Shown piece after piece: positions 31,882 through 42,503 of a stretch of DNA of 64,000 nucleotides. The position numbers and the translations under genes are program-made. Under the pieces are notes generated by a model, which worked only from the letters and a program-made list of their open reading frames with translations, ran no database searches and was not told where the DNA came from. Source of the stretch: Candidatus Delongbacteria bacterium (lineage in GTDB: Bacteria > CAIWAD01); assembly GCA_963663545.1 (NCBI GenBank), contig OY760505.1:3616001-3680000 (forward strand), written 5' to 3'. Positions within the stretch are counted from its first letter, which is position 1. The number at the start of each line of letters is the position of its first letter.

Positions 31882-34647
31882 TTATCTGTAGCTCTTTGCG
31901 AATCTCGCTCCTACGGTATTATAAAACGTGCCTGGATGAAAAGCGGTTCGACGTGCTGACGATAAATCATAGGGCAAAGTGGCATAGTCACCGCCACGAC
32001 AAACGCGAAATTGGGATTTGCTTTCTTTGGGGCCTGTGGGATTTTCTAGTTTGGAATAGCTGTAGTAATCGGTAGCATAGATATCATAGCACCACTCCAT
32101 TACATTTCCGATCAGGTGATGGCAGAGATAGGGTGAACTTCCCTTATGAAAAGAGGTTACCGGAGCAGTGAATTTATATTTATCGGTCGGTGATGAAGGC
32201 TGTTTATAGTTGGCTAATTCCGGCAAAGCACGATCACTGCCCCACGGGTAGCGGCGTATGGGCATCGGATTGGGCAGCATCAGCTTCAGCTTGCGGTTTC
32301 TGGAAACGATAGCCTGCCAGTTGGGAATTTCTTCGCCGCCACGACAAGCTTTTTCCCATTCGGCCTCGCTGGGAAGCCGCTTTTCCGCCCATTTAGCGTA
32401 GGCGAGAGCATCGTGCCAGCTTATCCCTACAACCGGGCGGTCATCACCAATAAAACTCTTTTCGTCCCAGTACTTAGGAAAACTAGCGCCGGTCGCTTTC
32501 ACGAAATTTTTGTACTGGCTGTTACTCAACTCATATTTATCGATGTAGAAACTTGAGAGGTAAACGGATTTTATCGGAAGCGTGTCACTTTTGCCATCAC
32601 TAACGCCGCGAATGAATTTTCCTCTGGGAACAAAAACCATAGTGCTGTTATCGCGTTGCCACAGGTATTCTCCTGGGGTAGGAGCTACTGCCATTCCCGC
32701 CAGTAATTTTTCGCCGAACCAGCCACGCCCGGGGCGTAGCCTGGCCAATAATTTTTTTTCGCCACGAAGAATCTGAGCCAGGAATCGCTTACGCAGCACT
32801 ACCGGCAAGTTTTTGGTTTGTTGCACCAAAATCCGGCAACGACTGAATTGCTTTTCATTGCACAGTTTTTTTACCTGGGGGGCGATATTGGGATATTGGG
32901 GTCTGGGGCGTGTTGACAAAGGCGCTTCCATAAGCCCGTATTTTATCAATTGTTTTTTTATGGCTTTGTAAATTGCTGCACGTCGTTCCGGCATTTGCTC
33001 GAGAATATAGAAAAAAACGGCGATGCAGGCAAAGAATAGCCCTAAAACCAATAATTTGAGCAATAGCGGGGTCTTCTTTTTCACCGGTGCTTGGGCTAAA
33101 GCGATTTTTTCGTCGTCTTTTTTGTCCAGTCCTTCTTGCAATAGAGGGTCAATCGGGCTGACGGTACGGGACGGCCCCTTGGAAACCGGCATTTTTCCGG
33201 TTTCATCAAGGCCAAAAGCCTCGGCAGATCGTTGTGACGATTTTATGATCTTACTTGATCCCGAAGCCGGAGCAGCCTGGCTACTACTGGGTTGTCCAAA
33301 AGCTTCCATTGCGCGCTGCGATGATTTGACGATTTTTGAAGCCGGAGCAGCCTGGCTACTGCTGGGTTGTCCAAAAGCTTCCATTGCGCGCTGCGATGAT
33401 TTGACGATTTTCGAGCCGCGCTCGGAAGATGATGGCAGATAGGAACGGCCAGCAAATTTTTGCGGCGACGCTGTCGCCTCTTGCACCATCGCCTCCCCGC
33501 TTTGCGCCAATTTTTCCTCGATCCATCCTTTAGGATTTTGCAAAAGGGTCTGACATTCTTTGATGCCGGCAATAATCTCCGGCGAACAACCATAGCGTTC
33601 TATAAATTCCTGACTGATAATCTGTTCCATTAATTGCCTGGCTTCGGGATCAATATCTTCGAGTTTTTGCCTTTCGGCCAGACCTTCCAGCATGTCTTGA
33701 ATATATAATCTATCTTCGCGGCTGCGAGTAATGTAACTGATTAAAAAATTTTCTATTTCTGCGGGAATGTCATAGTATGAACTAGAGACTTCGACGCTTT
33801 GATAAACGTTATCCGCCAACTCTGCTAAATAATCTTCCAACTCCCCGGCATTATTAATTCTTCGCCGGGGATCTTTATCCATCAACATCTCGATACAATC
33901 TGCCGCTGCCTGGGGGATATCAGGACGGTATTGGCATAGCGAAGGCACTGGCGCCTCCAAATGTTGTTCGAGAATCGCTTCGATTTCGGCCCCCCGATAG
34001 GGTGGAACTCCTGCCAATAAATGAAATAAGCTAACTCCCAATGAATATAAGTCACTACGCTGGTCCAACTGGCCTTCGCCTCTGATTTGTTCGGGGGCAA
34101 TATAATAGGGGTGCCCCAAAAGCGCGGTATTGCCAGTGATGGTAGTCATGTTTTCAATCGGCATTGCCGTACCGAATTCGGCAAGTTTTACTTCCTCATC
34201 ATTGCTGATAAAAATATTTTCAGGTCGGACATCTAAATGCAGCAATCCGCTTTCATGGCCGGCTTGTAGGGCCCTGGCAATTTCTTTACCGATGTAGAGG
34301 GCATCTCCTGGGGTAAATGGACCGGCCTGAGCAAGAATCTGTTCAGTGTGTTGTCCTTGCACATATTGAAGAACCACATAAAGAGCGTCTTTGCCGATTC
34401 CACTTTCAAAAACCTGTATCAGATTGGGATGATGTATTTGAGAGGCGGTCTGAGTGTTCTCGTAAAGTATTTGCAACAATTGCTCGCCATATGCTTCAAT
34501 GCTTGTGCCAGGAAATACTTTCACCGCGACTGTGTTTGCTAGCTCAATATGGGATGCCTGGTAAACTATGCTTGAAGATCCTTGCCCCAACCTGGTTTCA
34601 ATCCGATATTTACCAAGCAACTGGCCCAGCCACTGATCATGTACCAT
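31882..34647 (-). CDS. Ser/Thr kinase-like domain + TM + FGE-sulfatase (SUMF1) domain protein
   Basis: LGQG, VAVK, YIAPEQ, SDLYSLG; C-terminal RLPSEAEWEKACRG, GNVMEW, RGG, GARF; internal 72-bp repeat near 33240-33410. Confidence 0.9.
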   Translation of the reverse strand: MVHDQWLGQLLGKYRIETRLGQGSSSIVYQASHIELANTVAVKVFPGTSIEAYGEQLLQILYENTQTASQIHHPNLIQVFESGIGKDALYVVLQYVQGQHTEQILAQAGPFTPGDALYIGKEIARALQAGHESGLLHLDVRPENIFISNDEEVKLAEFGTAMPIENMTTITGNTALLGHPYYIAPEQIRGEGQLDQRSDLYSLGVSLFHLLAGVPPYRGAEIEAILEQHLEAPVPSLCQYRPDIPQAAADCIEMLMDKDPRRRINNAGELEDYLAELADNVYQSVEVSSSYYDIPAEIENFLISYITRSREDRLYIQDMLEGLAERQKLEDIDPEARQLMEQIISQEFIERYGCSPEIIAGIKECQTLLQNPKGWIEEKLAQSGEAMVQEATASPQKFAGRSYLPSSSERGSKIVKSSQRAMEAFGQPSSSQAAPASKIVKSSQRAMEAFGQPSSSQAAPASGSSKIIKSSQRSAEAFGLDETGKMPVSKGPSRTVSPIDPLLQEGLDKKDDEKIALAQAPVKKKTPLLLKLLVLGLFFACIAVFFYILEQMPERRAAIYKAIKKQLIKYGLMEAPLSTRPRPQYPNIAPQVKKLCNEKQFSRCRILVQQTKNLPVVLRKRFLAQILRGEKKLLARLRPGRGWFGEKLLAGMAVAPTPGEYLWQRDNSTMVFVPRGKFIRGVSDGKSDTLPIKSVYLSSFYIDKYELSNSQYKNFVKATGASFPKYWDEKSFIGDDRPVVGISWHDALAYAKWAEKRLPSEAEWEKACRGGEEIPNWQAIVSRNRKLKLMLPNPMPIRRYPWGSDRALPELANYKQPSSPTDKYKFTAPVTSFHKGSSPYLCHHLIGNVMEWCYDIYATDYYSYSKLENPTGPKESKSQFRVCRGGDYATLPYDLSSARRTAFHPGTFYNTVGARFAKSYR

Positions 34648-34666
34648 ACCAAAATTCCTTTTTTTT

Positions 34667-35108
34667 TTAGGAGCCGGAATTAAATAAAGTGGTCAGTTGG
34701 TTTAGCAATATTTGTTTCCTGGCAAGGAGCGACGAATGCGCATAGCCATGGTTCGATAATTGGGGGGCCAGGGAGCAAAAGGGCAAACCAAATGGGTAAG
34801 TTATTTAATTCCGGCTCCTTAGCGGCGTCAATCTTACCTAGCGATAAATCTTTTCTCCATTATACGACATCGAGGCATTGAGGCAAAAAAAAAATAAAAA
34901 ACTAGGGCGTGTTTGGTCATCTTTTTAGAAGCCGGCAAGAAATAAGTTGGTCAGTTGGTTTAGCAATTTTGTTTCCTGGCAAGGAGCGACGAATGCGCAT
35001 AGCCTTAGTTCTGTAATTGAGGAGCGACGCGGCCAGGGAGCAAAAGGGCAAACCAAATGGGTAACTTATTTCTTTCCGGCTCCTAAGTTATTTCTTTCCG
35101 GCTCCTTA
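34667..35108 (-). repeat. Two family A copies (34667..34821 and 34925..35108)
   Basis: Direct match to family A. Confidence 0.85.
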
Positions 35109-35373
35109 ATTAATTATTCCCTTTCGATTATATTGCCGAACGCTTCCGAGCACGCGCACGATATCGCTCAGGCGCCGGGATTTTATGAGCCATGCCCAGA
35201 AAACGGCTAGCAATCAGGAAAAAATTCTAAGGAGCCGGAAAGAAATAAAAGCGTACAGCTCAAAAACTTTTCAGATGCATGCTAGAAAAATAGGAAAGAT
35301 TGCGCTATAATTTTCGAATAAAGAGAAGGATCACGAACAACAGTTATCAAAACTAATTGAAAGGAAAGTGTTT

Positions 35374-35463
35374 ATGAAATTGTATGACCTCTCGCAACCA
35401 TTAAACCAGGAAGTTCCTTTCTGGCACTATTCCCCCCCGTTCGAAGCTTTTGTCGAAGAATAG
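35374..35463 (+). pseudogene. 5' remnant of a cyclase-family (kynurenine formamidase-like) gene
   Basis: RBS GAAAGG then MKLYDLSQPLNQEVPFWHYSPPFE..stop; resembles cyclase N-termini. Confidence 0.45.
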
Positions 35464-35476
35464 TCGGGGATAGCAT

Positions 35477-36475
35477 ATGTCACGATCAAGAAAAAAATTA
35501 TTTTTGCTCCTGGGGCTATCTTTAGTGGTGATCGTTTTCTTGCTGGGCTGGGGGGGCGCCTATCTAATCAGTTCCCCCGACGCCGGCGAAGCGATAGCCG
35601 CCAGCCACCGTATCACTTATCCTGCGATTATTGCCCATCGTGGAGCTTCTTATCTGGCGCCGGAAATGACTAAACCCGCCTATATGCTGGCGTGCGAAAT
35701 GGGAGCCGATTATATCGAAATGGACGTACAACGCAGCAAAGACGGGGTGTTGGTGGCAACGCACGACACCGAGTTGTGTCGCACTACCGATATCGAAAAA
35801 GTTTTCCCACAACGGGCGCGGCAATCGCTAGCTAATTTTACCCTGGCCGAGTTGCAACGCCTAGATGCCGGCTCATGGTTCAATCGCCGCTATCCGCAAC
35901 GGGCACGCCGGTCCTACCACGGTTTAAAGATCATGACCCTGGAACAAATCCTGGCAATCGGCGAAAGCACCCAACCCAAACTACCAGGTATCTATCTGGA
36001 AACTAAATCGCCGCATCTCTATCCCGGCATCGAAGAACAAATCGTCGCCTTGCTGCAGAAACGCGGCTGGATTTCTGCTTCCGGGCAACTGGACCAGCGT
36101 CGGGTGATCTTTCAGTCCTTCGCTGCCGCCAGTGCCGAAAAATTCAAACGGCTGGCACCGGGAGTGCCGTCGATTCTGCTGGCTGGCAGCAAAGAATATC
36201 TCCGCCATGGTCGCCAGGTGATATTGACCCAGGCGAGTAAAGTCGATGGCATGGGAATTGGTAAAGACCTGGCCATGCCATGGCTAATCGGGCCGGCGCA
36301 TACTCGCAAGCTATTAGTTCATGTATATACGGTAAATAGCTTGTGGGAGATGAAACTATTACGCCAGTTCGGCGCGGATGGTTTTTTTACCGACCGTTGT
36401 GAACTCGCTTTGCCGTACTTTGGCAAAAGCCAGGCGATCGACCTTAAAGCGCTGTTTGCCAGGATTCAATTTTGA
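35477..36475 (+). CDS. Glycerophosphodiester phosphodiesterase
   Basis: IIAHRGAS..APE, EMDVQRSKDG, HD, YLETK, FQSF, YTVN, DGFFTD. Confidence 0.93.
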   Translation: MSRSRKKLFLLLGLSLVVIVFLLGWGGAYLISSPDAGEAIAASHRITYPAIIAHRGASYLAPEMTKPAYMLACEMGADYIEMDVQRSKDGVLVATHDTELCRTTDIEKVFPQRARQSLANFTLAELQRLDAGSWFNRRYPQRARRSYHGLKIMTLEQILAIGESTQPKLPGIYLETKSPHLYPGIEEQIVALLQKRGWISASGQLDQRRVIFQSFAAASAEKFKRLAPGVPSILLAGSKEYLRHGRQVILTQASKVDGMGIGKDLAMPWLIGPAHTRKLLVHVYTVNSLWEMKLLRQFGADGFFTDRCELALPYFGKSQAIDLKALFARIQF

Positions 36476-36586
36476 CCAGCGCCGTTGGAATCGTTGCTGT
36501 GATCTTTTATCAATTATCAAGTTGACACATCCGGGCTGGCTATATAAAATGAACTGACAAAAATGCCATGATAAAGGAGGAATCCG

Positions 36587-37393
36587 ATGCCCCCAGAATT
36601 TCGTTTTGATTGTAAATTTTGTAATAAAGCTATTTATGCTCCTTATGATCTGGGTGGAAAGAAAGTGCGCTGTCCCCACTGTAAAAATCCGGTTAGCGTT
36701 CCGATTGTAGCAGCGCCGCAATCTCAAGAAGGCCCGTCCAAAGGACAAAAAGGACAAAAAGGACAAAAAGGACAACAAGCTGCTCAATCAGGAGCAGTCA
36801 AAAGAAAAAAGCCAGAAAAACGTCCGGTGCATACTCGTCAAAAAATAACCCTGATTACTTTGATTAAAGTAGCGGTCGTTATCGCTCTGGCCTATGTCGG
36901 CTACAGATATGTATGGCCGCATGTCGCGCCTTATTTCGGCCAAAATAAAAATCTCGAAGCCTTAATCAAAGATTATCGCGATGGCAAAATCGTCGAAACC
37001 TACGGCATCAAGATCAAAGTAAAAAAAACCGACCTTCCGGTACTGAAAAAATACAGCAAGTCCACCTTCGGGAAGGTACGCGCCGTAGTCGCCGAATGTT
37101 TCGGTGAATTGAAAATGAAAGAAGGTCTTGAGATTCTTGCCTTGCTGCTGAACGACTCCGAAAAACAAGTGCGCGCTGCCGCAGCCGGTGCTCTTGGAGA
37201 AATCAGAAAAATTAAATCGATTGACCTATTGATCGCACATCTCCCTAAAGAAAAAGACGATGATGTCAAGGGAGCGATTGGGCGAGCGCTGCGCTCTCTT
37301 ACCGAACAGCGAATCAGCGTAAAAAGTCCCGATGCCTGGCAGCGATGGTGGAAAGAAAAGCGCTCGAATTTTCGTTTTGTCGAATATTTTTAG
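36587..37393 (+). CDS. Zinc-ribbon + TM + HEAT-repeat protein
   Basis: CKFC...GKKVRCPHC; VRAAAAGALGEI; WQRWW; KGQ x4 microrepeat. Confidence 0.8.
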   Translation: MPPEFRFDCKFCNKAIYAPYDLGGKKVRCPHCKNPVSVPIVAAPQSQEGPSKGQKGQKGQKGQQAAQSGAVKRKKPEKRPVHTRQKITLITLIKVAVVIALAYVGYRYVWPHVAPYFGQNKNLEALIKDYRDGKIVETYGIKIKVKKTDLPVLKKYSKSTFGKVRAVVAECFGELKMKEGLEILALLLNDSEKQVRAAAAGALGEIRKIKSIDLLIAHLPKEKDDDVKGAIGRALRSLTEQRISVKSPDAWQRWWKEKRSNFRFVEYF

Positions 37394-37488
37394 AACGAGC
37401 CAGGAAAGCCTGGCGAAATTTTCGTCGCGGGCGTCGATTGCGACGCCCCCTACAAGCATTAGCAAACCTTAACCCCCCCCATTACCGC

Positions 37489-38790
37489 ATGAACAAAATT
37501 GTTTTTCTGATCGTTATTTTCGTCAGCGCTTTTCTTTTCTCTTCCTTGCCGGTAGCCGCCGACGATAAACCGGACAGCCCGACCGCACCGGCAACTAGCA
37601 GTACAACTTCCGACCCTATCTCAACCAAATCGGCAGAAGATGCCGCTAAAACCGTCGAAAAAGAACCGGAGGAGGAAACCTTCGGAGTGCCGATTCCGGT
37701 AGTCGGCACCAGCCCGAATTCCGGGGCCACCTTAGGAGTGCTATTGGCCGTAGTATCAGAAAAGCAAGGCCGCATCACCAGCATCCTGGCTCCGGTATTC
37801 ATGAGTAATGATTTATTCGGCAACGAGATCGATATCAACTATTTCGGCTTTCCTGCGGTGGGTATCGGCTATCAGTTGTTATTTTCGCATACCACCGAAA
37901 ATTTTTGGGACTATAGTGCCGAATACCACCACGCCAAATTCCTGCATCAAGACTTGCGCCTGGATGCCGAGTTCGAATTTTTCCGTTCGCCAACCGAACG
38001 CTTTTACGGCATCGGGCCGCAGACCACTGAGGACGACGAAAGCAGCTATACCTTGCGCCAGGTAGGCGGGTACGCTACTTTGACAATGCGCTTGATTGAC
38101 CGCTTCTTTGGCTCGTTTTCGATTAAAGCCAGACGAATGTGGCCGCGCAAGGGCGTCGTCGAAGAAGTCACCACGCTGCAAGAAAAATTTCCGAATGTCG
38201 TTGGCGTCAACGGTAGTTATACCATGCCGATCGAACTCGGATTGATCTATGACAGCCGTGACGATCTGGTTTCTCCAACTTCGGGAATCTACGCCCGAAT
38301 GTTTCTGGAGATCGGCCAGGAAGGCATTCTCAGCTCTTTTTCCTTTCAGCGTTTTCGTATTGACGCACGGGCCTATATTTCATTGGACAAAGAATCCCGT
38401 TTCGTCACGGTAATCCGAGGAATGCTGACCTATCTCAGGGGAGACGATATTCCTTTTTATGAATTGAGTATGTTAGGGGGAGACGAAACCCTGAGAGGCT
38501 ATGGCGAAGGCCGCTTCTACGACAACCATAGTATTCTTTTCAATGTCGAAGAACGCATTCGCCTGTTTCGTTTCCTGGCCGGTGATATTCTTCTCGATAT
38601 TGAAACGGTATTATTCATCGATATCGGCCAGGTTTTTCCTTCTTTCAATAGCCTCGATTTCAAGGACATCAAGTTTGTCGCCGGCACCGGCATTCGTTTT
38701 GTCGTCCGTTCCCAAATTGTCGCGAAAGTAGATATCGGTTACGGTGACGAAGGTATGGCGATCTTCGCTGGTTTACATTACCCTTTTTGA
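37489..38790 (+). CDS. Omp85/BamA-TamA family outer-membrane beta-barrel protein
   Basis: Signal peptide; YDSRD, LGGDETLRGY..GRF, G.GIRF, terminal YPF. Confidence 0.85.
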   Translation: MNKIVFLIVIFVSAFLFSSLPVAADDKPDSPTAPATSSTTSDPISTKSAEDAAKTVEKEPEEETFGVPIPVVGTSPNSGATLGVLLAVVSEKQGRITSILAPVFMSNDLFGNEIDINYFGFPAVGIGYQLLFSHTTENFWDYSAEYHHAKFLHQDLRLDAEFEFFRSPTERFYGIGPQTTEDDESSYTLRQVGGYATLTMRLIDRFFGSFSIKARRMWPRKGVVEEVTTLQEKFPNVVGVNGSYTMPIELGLIYDSRDDLVSPTSGIYARMFLEIGQEGILSSFSFQRFRIDARAYISLDKESRFVTVIRGMLTYLRGDDIPFYELSMLGGDETLRGYGEGRFYDNHSILFNVEERIRLFRFLAGDILLDIETVLFIDIGQVFPSFNSLDFKDIKFVAGTGIRFVVRSQIVAKVDIGYGDEGMAIFAGLHYPF

Positions 38791-38850
38791 CAGCATTTCA
38801 CCGGAAGAGATACGCGCAATAACTATCAACGCAGCTATCAATTAATAGAA

Positions 38851-39999
38851 ATGGAGCTTATGACCACTCTTAGCATAGTCATTCCTTGCTATAACGAAGA
38901 ATACACCCTGGCAAACTGTGTCGCCAAAGTAATGGAGATTGCCGATGCCGGCCTGGCTCTACAAATTATCATTGTCGATGACTATTCGCAGGATCGAAGT
39001 TATGCAATTGCTCAAAAACTGGCCGCACGCCATCCACAAATTCAGGTAATTCGCCACTCAAAAAACCAGGGCAAAGGAGCGGCACTCCGCAGCGGTTTTG
39101 CTTTGACAAATGGCGATTTTGTCGCGGTCCAGGACGCCGATCTGGAATATGACCCCAAAGATTTGAAAAAATTGCTAGAGCCGTTGCTACAAGATAAAGC
39201 CGATGTGGTGCTCGGCTCACGTTTTTTGACCAATGAAGCGCATCGGGTTCTGTTTTTTTGGCATTCTCTGGGCAACCGTTTTCTGACGCTGTTATCTAAC
39301 ATGTTTACCGACTTGAATTTGACGGATATGGAGACTTGCTATAAAGTCTTCCGGCGCGAAGTAATCAAAAATATCGCGATCGAAGAAAATCGCTTTGGCT
39401 TCGAGCCGGAAATCGTTGCCAAAATTGCCAATATGCGCCTGCGCGTTTACGAGATGGGGATTTCTTATTCTGGCCGCACCTATGAAGAAGGCAAAAAGAT
39501 CCGTTTTAAAGATGGGCTTCGTGCGCTTTACTGCATTTTTCGCTATAATGCCCACCGCGCTTCCTTGCCAATCCAGTTTTTTTTCTATTTGTTTATCGGC
39601 GGCACTGCGGCTCTGGTCAATATTTTGAGCTTTTTAGTGTTTTTTTATTTGGGAATCATGCCGGTTATCGCTGCTGCGGGAGCTTTCTTGCTCGGAGCAG
39701 TTGTCAATTATTTTTTATGCATCTGGCTGATGTTTCGCCATACCATCAAGTGGAATACCCCTTTAGAAGTGCTAATATATTTTGCGGTGGTCGTCAGCGT
39801 CGGAATCCTGGACACGGTGATCACTACTCTATTGCTTAGCTGGGGAGCTGTCCCAGGAATTGCCAAAGCTAGCGCTTGTGCCATTGCCTTGCTGTTCAAT
39901 TTCCTGGGACGCCGTTTTTTTGTTTTTCCAGAAAGAACATCCGGGCCGTGGAAACCACAATGTGCGCCAGCGAGTAATGAGAATGAAGACCAGGCATAA
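38851..39999 (+). CDS. GT2 glycosyltransferase fused to GtrA-like domain
   Basis: SIVIPCYNE, VDD.S.D, NQGKGAA, QDADLEY, TDMETCYK, FGFEPE; four C-terminal TMs. Confidence 0.9.
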   Translation: MELMTTLSIVIPCYNEEYTLANCVAKVMEIADAGLALQIIIVDDYSQDRSYAIAQKLAARHPQIQVIRHSKNQGKGAALRSGFALTNGDFVAVQDADLEYDPKDLKKLLEPLLQDKADVVLGSRFLTNEAHRVLFFWHSLGNRFLTLLSNMFTDLNLTDMETCYKVFRREVIKNIAIEENRFGFEPEIVAKIANMRLRVYEMGISYSGRTYEEGKKIRFKDGLRALYCIFRYNAHRASLPIQFFFYLFIGGTAALVNILSFLVFFYLGIMPVIAAAGAFLLGAVVNYFLCIWLMFRHTIKWNTPLEVLIYFAVVVSVGILDTVITTLLLSWGAVPGIAKASACAIALLFNFLGRRFFVFPERTSGPWKPQCAPASNENEDQA

Positions 40000-42358
40000 C
40001 TTCCTTATCGCTTTCTTTTGGATCGGTTTTATTGCCCAACTCGGCCAGGTAGTTTTGATTCGGGAATTGGCGGTGGTGTGCCATGGGAGCGAACTGTCAT
40101 TTGGCGTCACTTTTGCGCTTTGGTTTTTATGGATTGGCAGCGGCAGTCTGAGCGGCGGTGTTGTTGTCGATAAGGAGCCGAAAAAAGCCAATGTCTTTAT
40201 CGGCCCGATTCCGGTGCTGATCACTGCTGCCTTGCCTTTGGGAATCTGGTTGATTCGCGAGCTGCCCTGGTTGCTGGCATTGACCAAAGGTAATGAGTTG
40301 AGTTTTGCGAATTTGCTCCTGCTTGCTCTGCTGGCATTGGCGCCGTTTTGCTTTTTGCTCGGATTTATCTTCGCTCTGGCTACACACCAATTGCAAGACG
40401 CTTCACCGCTATACATCATCGAATCACTGGGAGCGCTGATCGCCGGGATCGCATTTCATTTTATCCTGGTCGATAGCCTGACGCCGCTTACTCTGATCGG
40501 CCTGGTGAGTCTGATCTTCTTTCTCTGTTGCCGGTTATTTTTTCGAGCACCCCTGACTGTCGCAAGCAAGCAACCGCGGCACTGGCTTCTGATAGGCATG
40601 GTGGTAAACCTGATCATTTTTGTCAGCGGGCCGACTGTGGATCTGGCGACGCGGCTGCGACAATGGCGTACCCTGGCTCCTGGCCAGAAATTTCTAGCTC
40701 ACCGCCTTTCTCGCCATGGCTATCTGGCGGTTCTGAGCCTGAACGGCCAGAAAAATTTCTATAGTAATGGACGCTATTTCATGGCGGTTGGAGATCGTAC
40801 CCCAGGACAACTGGCCCATTTACTGATGGTGCAACATCCGCGCCCACGTCGGATTTTGCTGGTGGGCGGCGGCAGCAATGGCTTCTTGCGCCAGTCCTTG
40901 CGTTATCACCCTGAGCGCATCGACTATTTCGAAATGGACCCGGCATTAGTGCCCCTGGCCCGGCGCTATCTTTGCGAAGCGGATCGTCAGGCGCTGGACA
41001 GTGACCGGGTTAGCATTCATTATGGTGATGCCCGGCGTCACATCGCCAGTTGTCGCCAGGTTTACGATTTAATCATTGCTTTCACCGCCGAACCCGCCAC
41101 CGCCGCACTGAATCGCTATTACAGTGCCGAATTTTTCGCTCAATCCCGCCGCGCTCTGAGCCATGATGGCCTGTTGATTTTTACCATGGTTTCGGCGCCC
41201 TTTCCCGACGGCAAAATTTTGCAACGCAATGCCTTGATTTTACGCACTCTGCTTACGGTATTCACTAACGTTCATTTGACGCCAGGTTATCCCACCGCCC
41301 TATTTTTAGCGGGCAGCCGCCAGAGCCGTCCGGCGCTTACCCCCGGCGAATGCTGTCGCCGTTTCCGCGCCGCTGGATTGGCCGCAGATGCGGTTTTCAC
41401 TCCAAAGTTATACGCCACCATGATCGAACCGGATTTGATCGCCCAGGTTACCAGGCGCGTAGGCGAAGCCGCAGAAGTGTTAGCCGTCACGAAAACGTCG
41501 GGGGCAGATTTGCCACTGGAATTGCAGGATTCCGCAGAGCCGCCGCGCTGGCAACGTCCCGCTCCGGACGCGCCAATCAACAGTGACCACCACCCTCGCG
41601 CCATCTTTTTTACCTTGCAACTAAATTATTTCCTGCCTGCGGCGGCGATGACCGGTAAAATTATCCTGATGGCAATGGGCGTTGGCCTCGCCGGATTAAT
41701 CGGGTGCTGGCTGGTGGCGTTACTAATTGGAAATCGCCGCAGAAATAGCAGCGCTGGCGGCCAATGCCTGGCCCTGGCGCTGACAATTATGCTGACCGGT
41801 TTTTTTGGGATTGCCATAGAAATAGTATTGTTGTGGGCTTTTATCAGTTGCTCCGGCTACATCTATGCAATGATCGGCCTTTTTGCCGCCCTGTTCATGA
41901 TCGGTCTGAGTAGTGGCGCCTATCTGGCCCGCAGCTATTTTCCGGCATCTTGTCGTTTGGCCGCTCTAATTTGGGCACTGGCGGCGATCAGTGTTTTTGC
42001 GGCAATGATGCCGTGGTTGTTGGGAATGGTGCAGACGACAGCACTCTTGCTATTTTTGAATTTTCTGGCCGGAATTGGCGTTGGTTTTGTTTTTCCTCTG
42101 GCTTATGAACTATATCGCAATGTCGGTGTTTCTGCCGGTCGTAGCGGCGGCATTCTTTATGGTGTCGATATGGCTGGTGCCAGTCTGGGCGCTCTAGTAG
42201 CAGGCTCAATCGCCATTCCGTTATGGGGAATGGCTGCGGTGTGCTATGCTCTTTGCGGCATGATATTGCTGGCCATAGTAGTGAACGCTACCTCGTTTTG
42301 GCGAGATTGTGGCAATGGTCCGCAGGGCGCATTCGAATGCCGTTTACTTAAGGCATAA
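39977..42358 (+). CDS. Membrane protein with spermidine-synthase-like SAM-binding domain
   Basis: N- and C-terminal TM bundles around ILLVGGG, EMDP, GDAR, YDLII. Confidence 0.8.
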   Translation: MRMKTRHNFLIAFFWIGFIAQLGQVVLIRELAVVCHGSELSFGVTFALWFLWIGSGSLSGGVVVDKEPKKANVFIGPIPVLITAALPLGIWLIRELPWLLALTKGNELSFANLLLLALLALAPFCFLLGFIFALATHQLQDASPLYIIESLGALIAGIAFHFILVDSLTPLTLIGLVSLIFFLCCRLFFRAPLTVASKQPRHWLLIGMVVNLIIFVSGPTVDLATRLRQWRTLAPGQKFLAHRLSRHGYLAVLSLNGQKNFYSNGRYFMAVGDRTPGQLAHLLMVQHPRPRRILLVGGGSNGFLRQSLRYHPERIDYFEMDPALVPLARRYLCEADRQALDSDRVSIHYGDARRHIASCRQVYDLIIAFTAEPATAALNRYYSAEFFAQSRRALSHDGLLIFTMVSAPFPDGKILQRNALILRTLLTVFTNVHLTPGYPTALFLAGSRQSRPALTPGECCRRFRAAGLAADAVFTPKLYATMIEPDLIAQVTRRVGEAAEVLAVTKTSGADLPLELQDSAEPPRWQRPAPDAPINSDHHPRAIFFTLQLNYFLPAAAMTGKIILMAMGVGLAGLIGCWLVALLIGNRRRNSSAGGQCLALALTIMLTGFFGIAIEIVLLWAFISCSGYIYAMIGLFAALFMIGLSSGAYLARSYFPASCRLAALIWALAAISVFAAMMPWLLGMVQTTALLLFLNFLAGIGVGFVFPLAYELYRNVGVSAGRSGGILYGVDMAGASLGALVAGSIAIPLWGMAAVCYALCGMILLAIVVNATSFWRDCGNGPQGAFECRLLKA

Positions 42359-42503
42359 TTTATGGCTCATCCGAAAAGTTTTGGGATAACCCGCATTGCT
42401 ATGGGCAAATCTTTTGGTACTACATGACTATCGGCTATTACACCGGGCCCAAGACTACCGCAGAAATTGCCGGCAAATGGCAGGAATGGCATCGGCAACA
42501 GTC

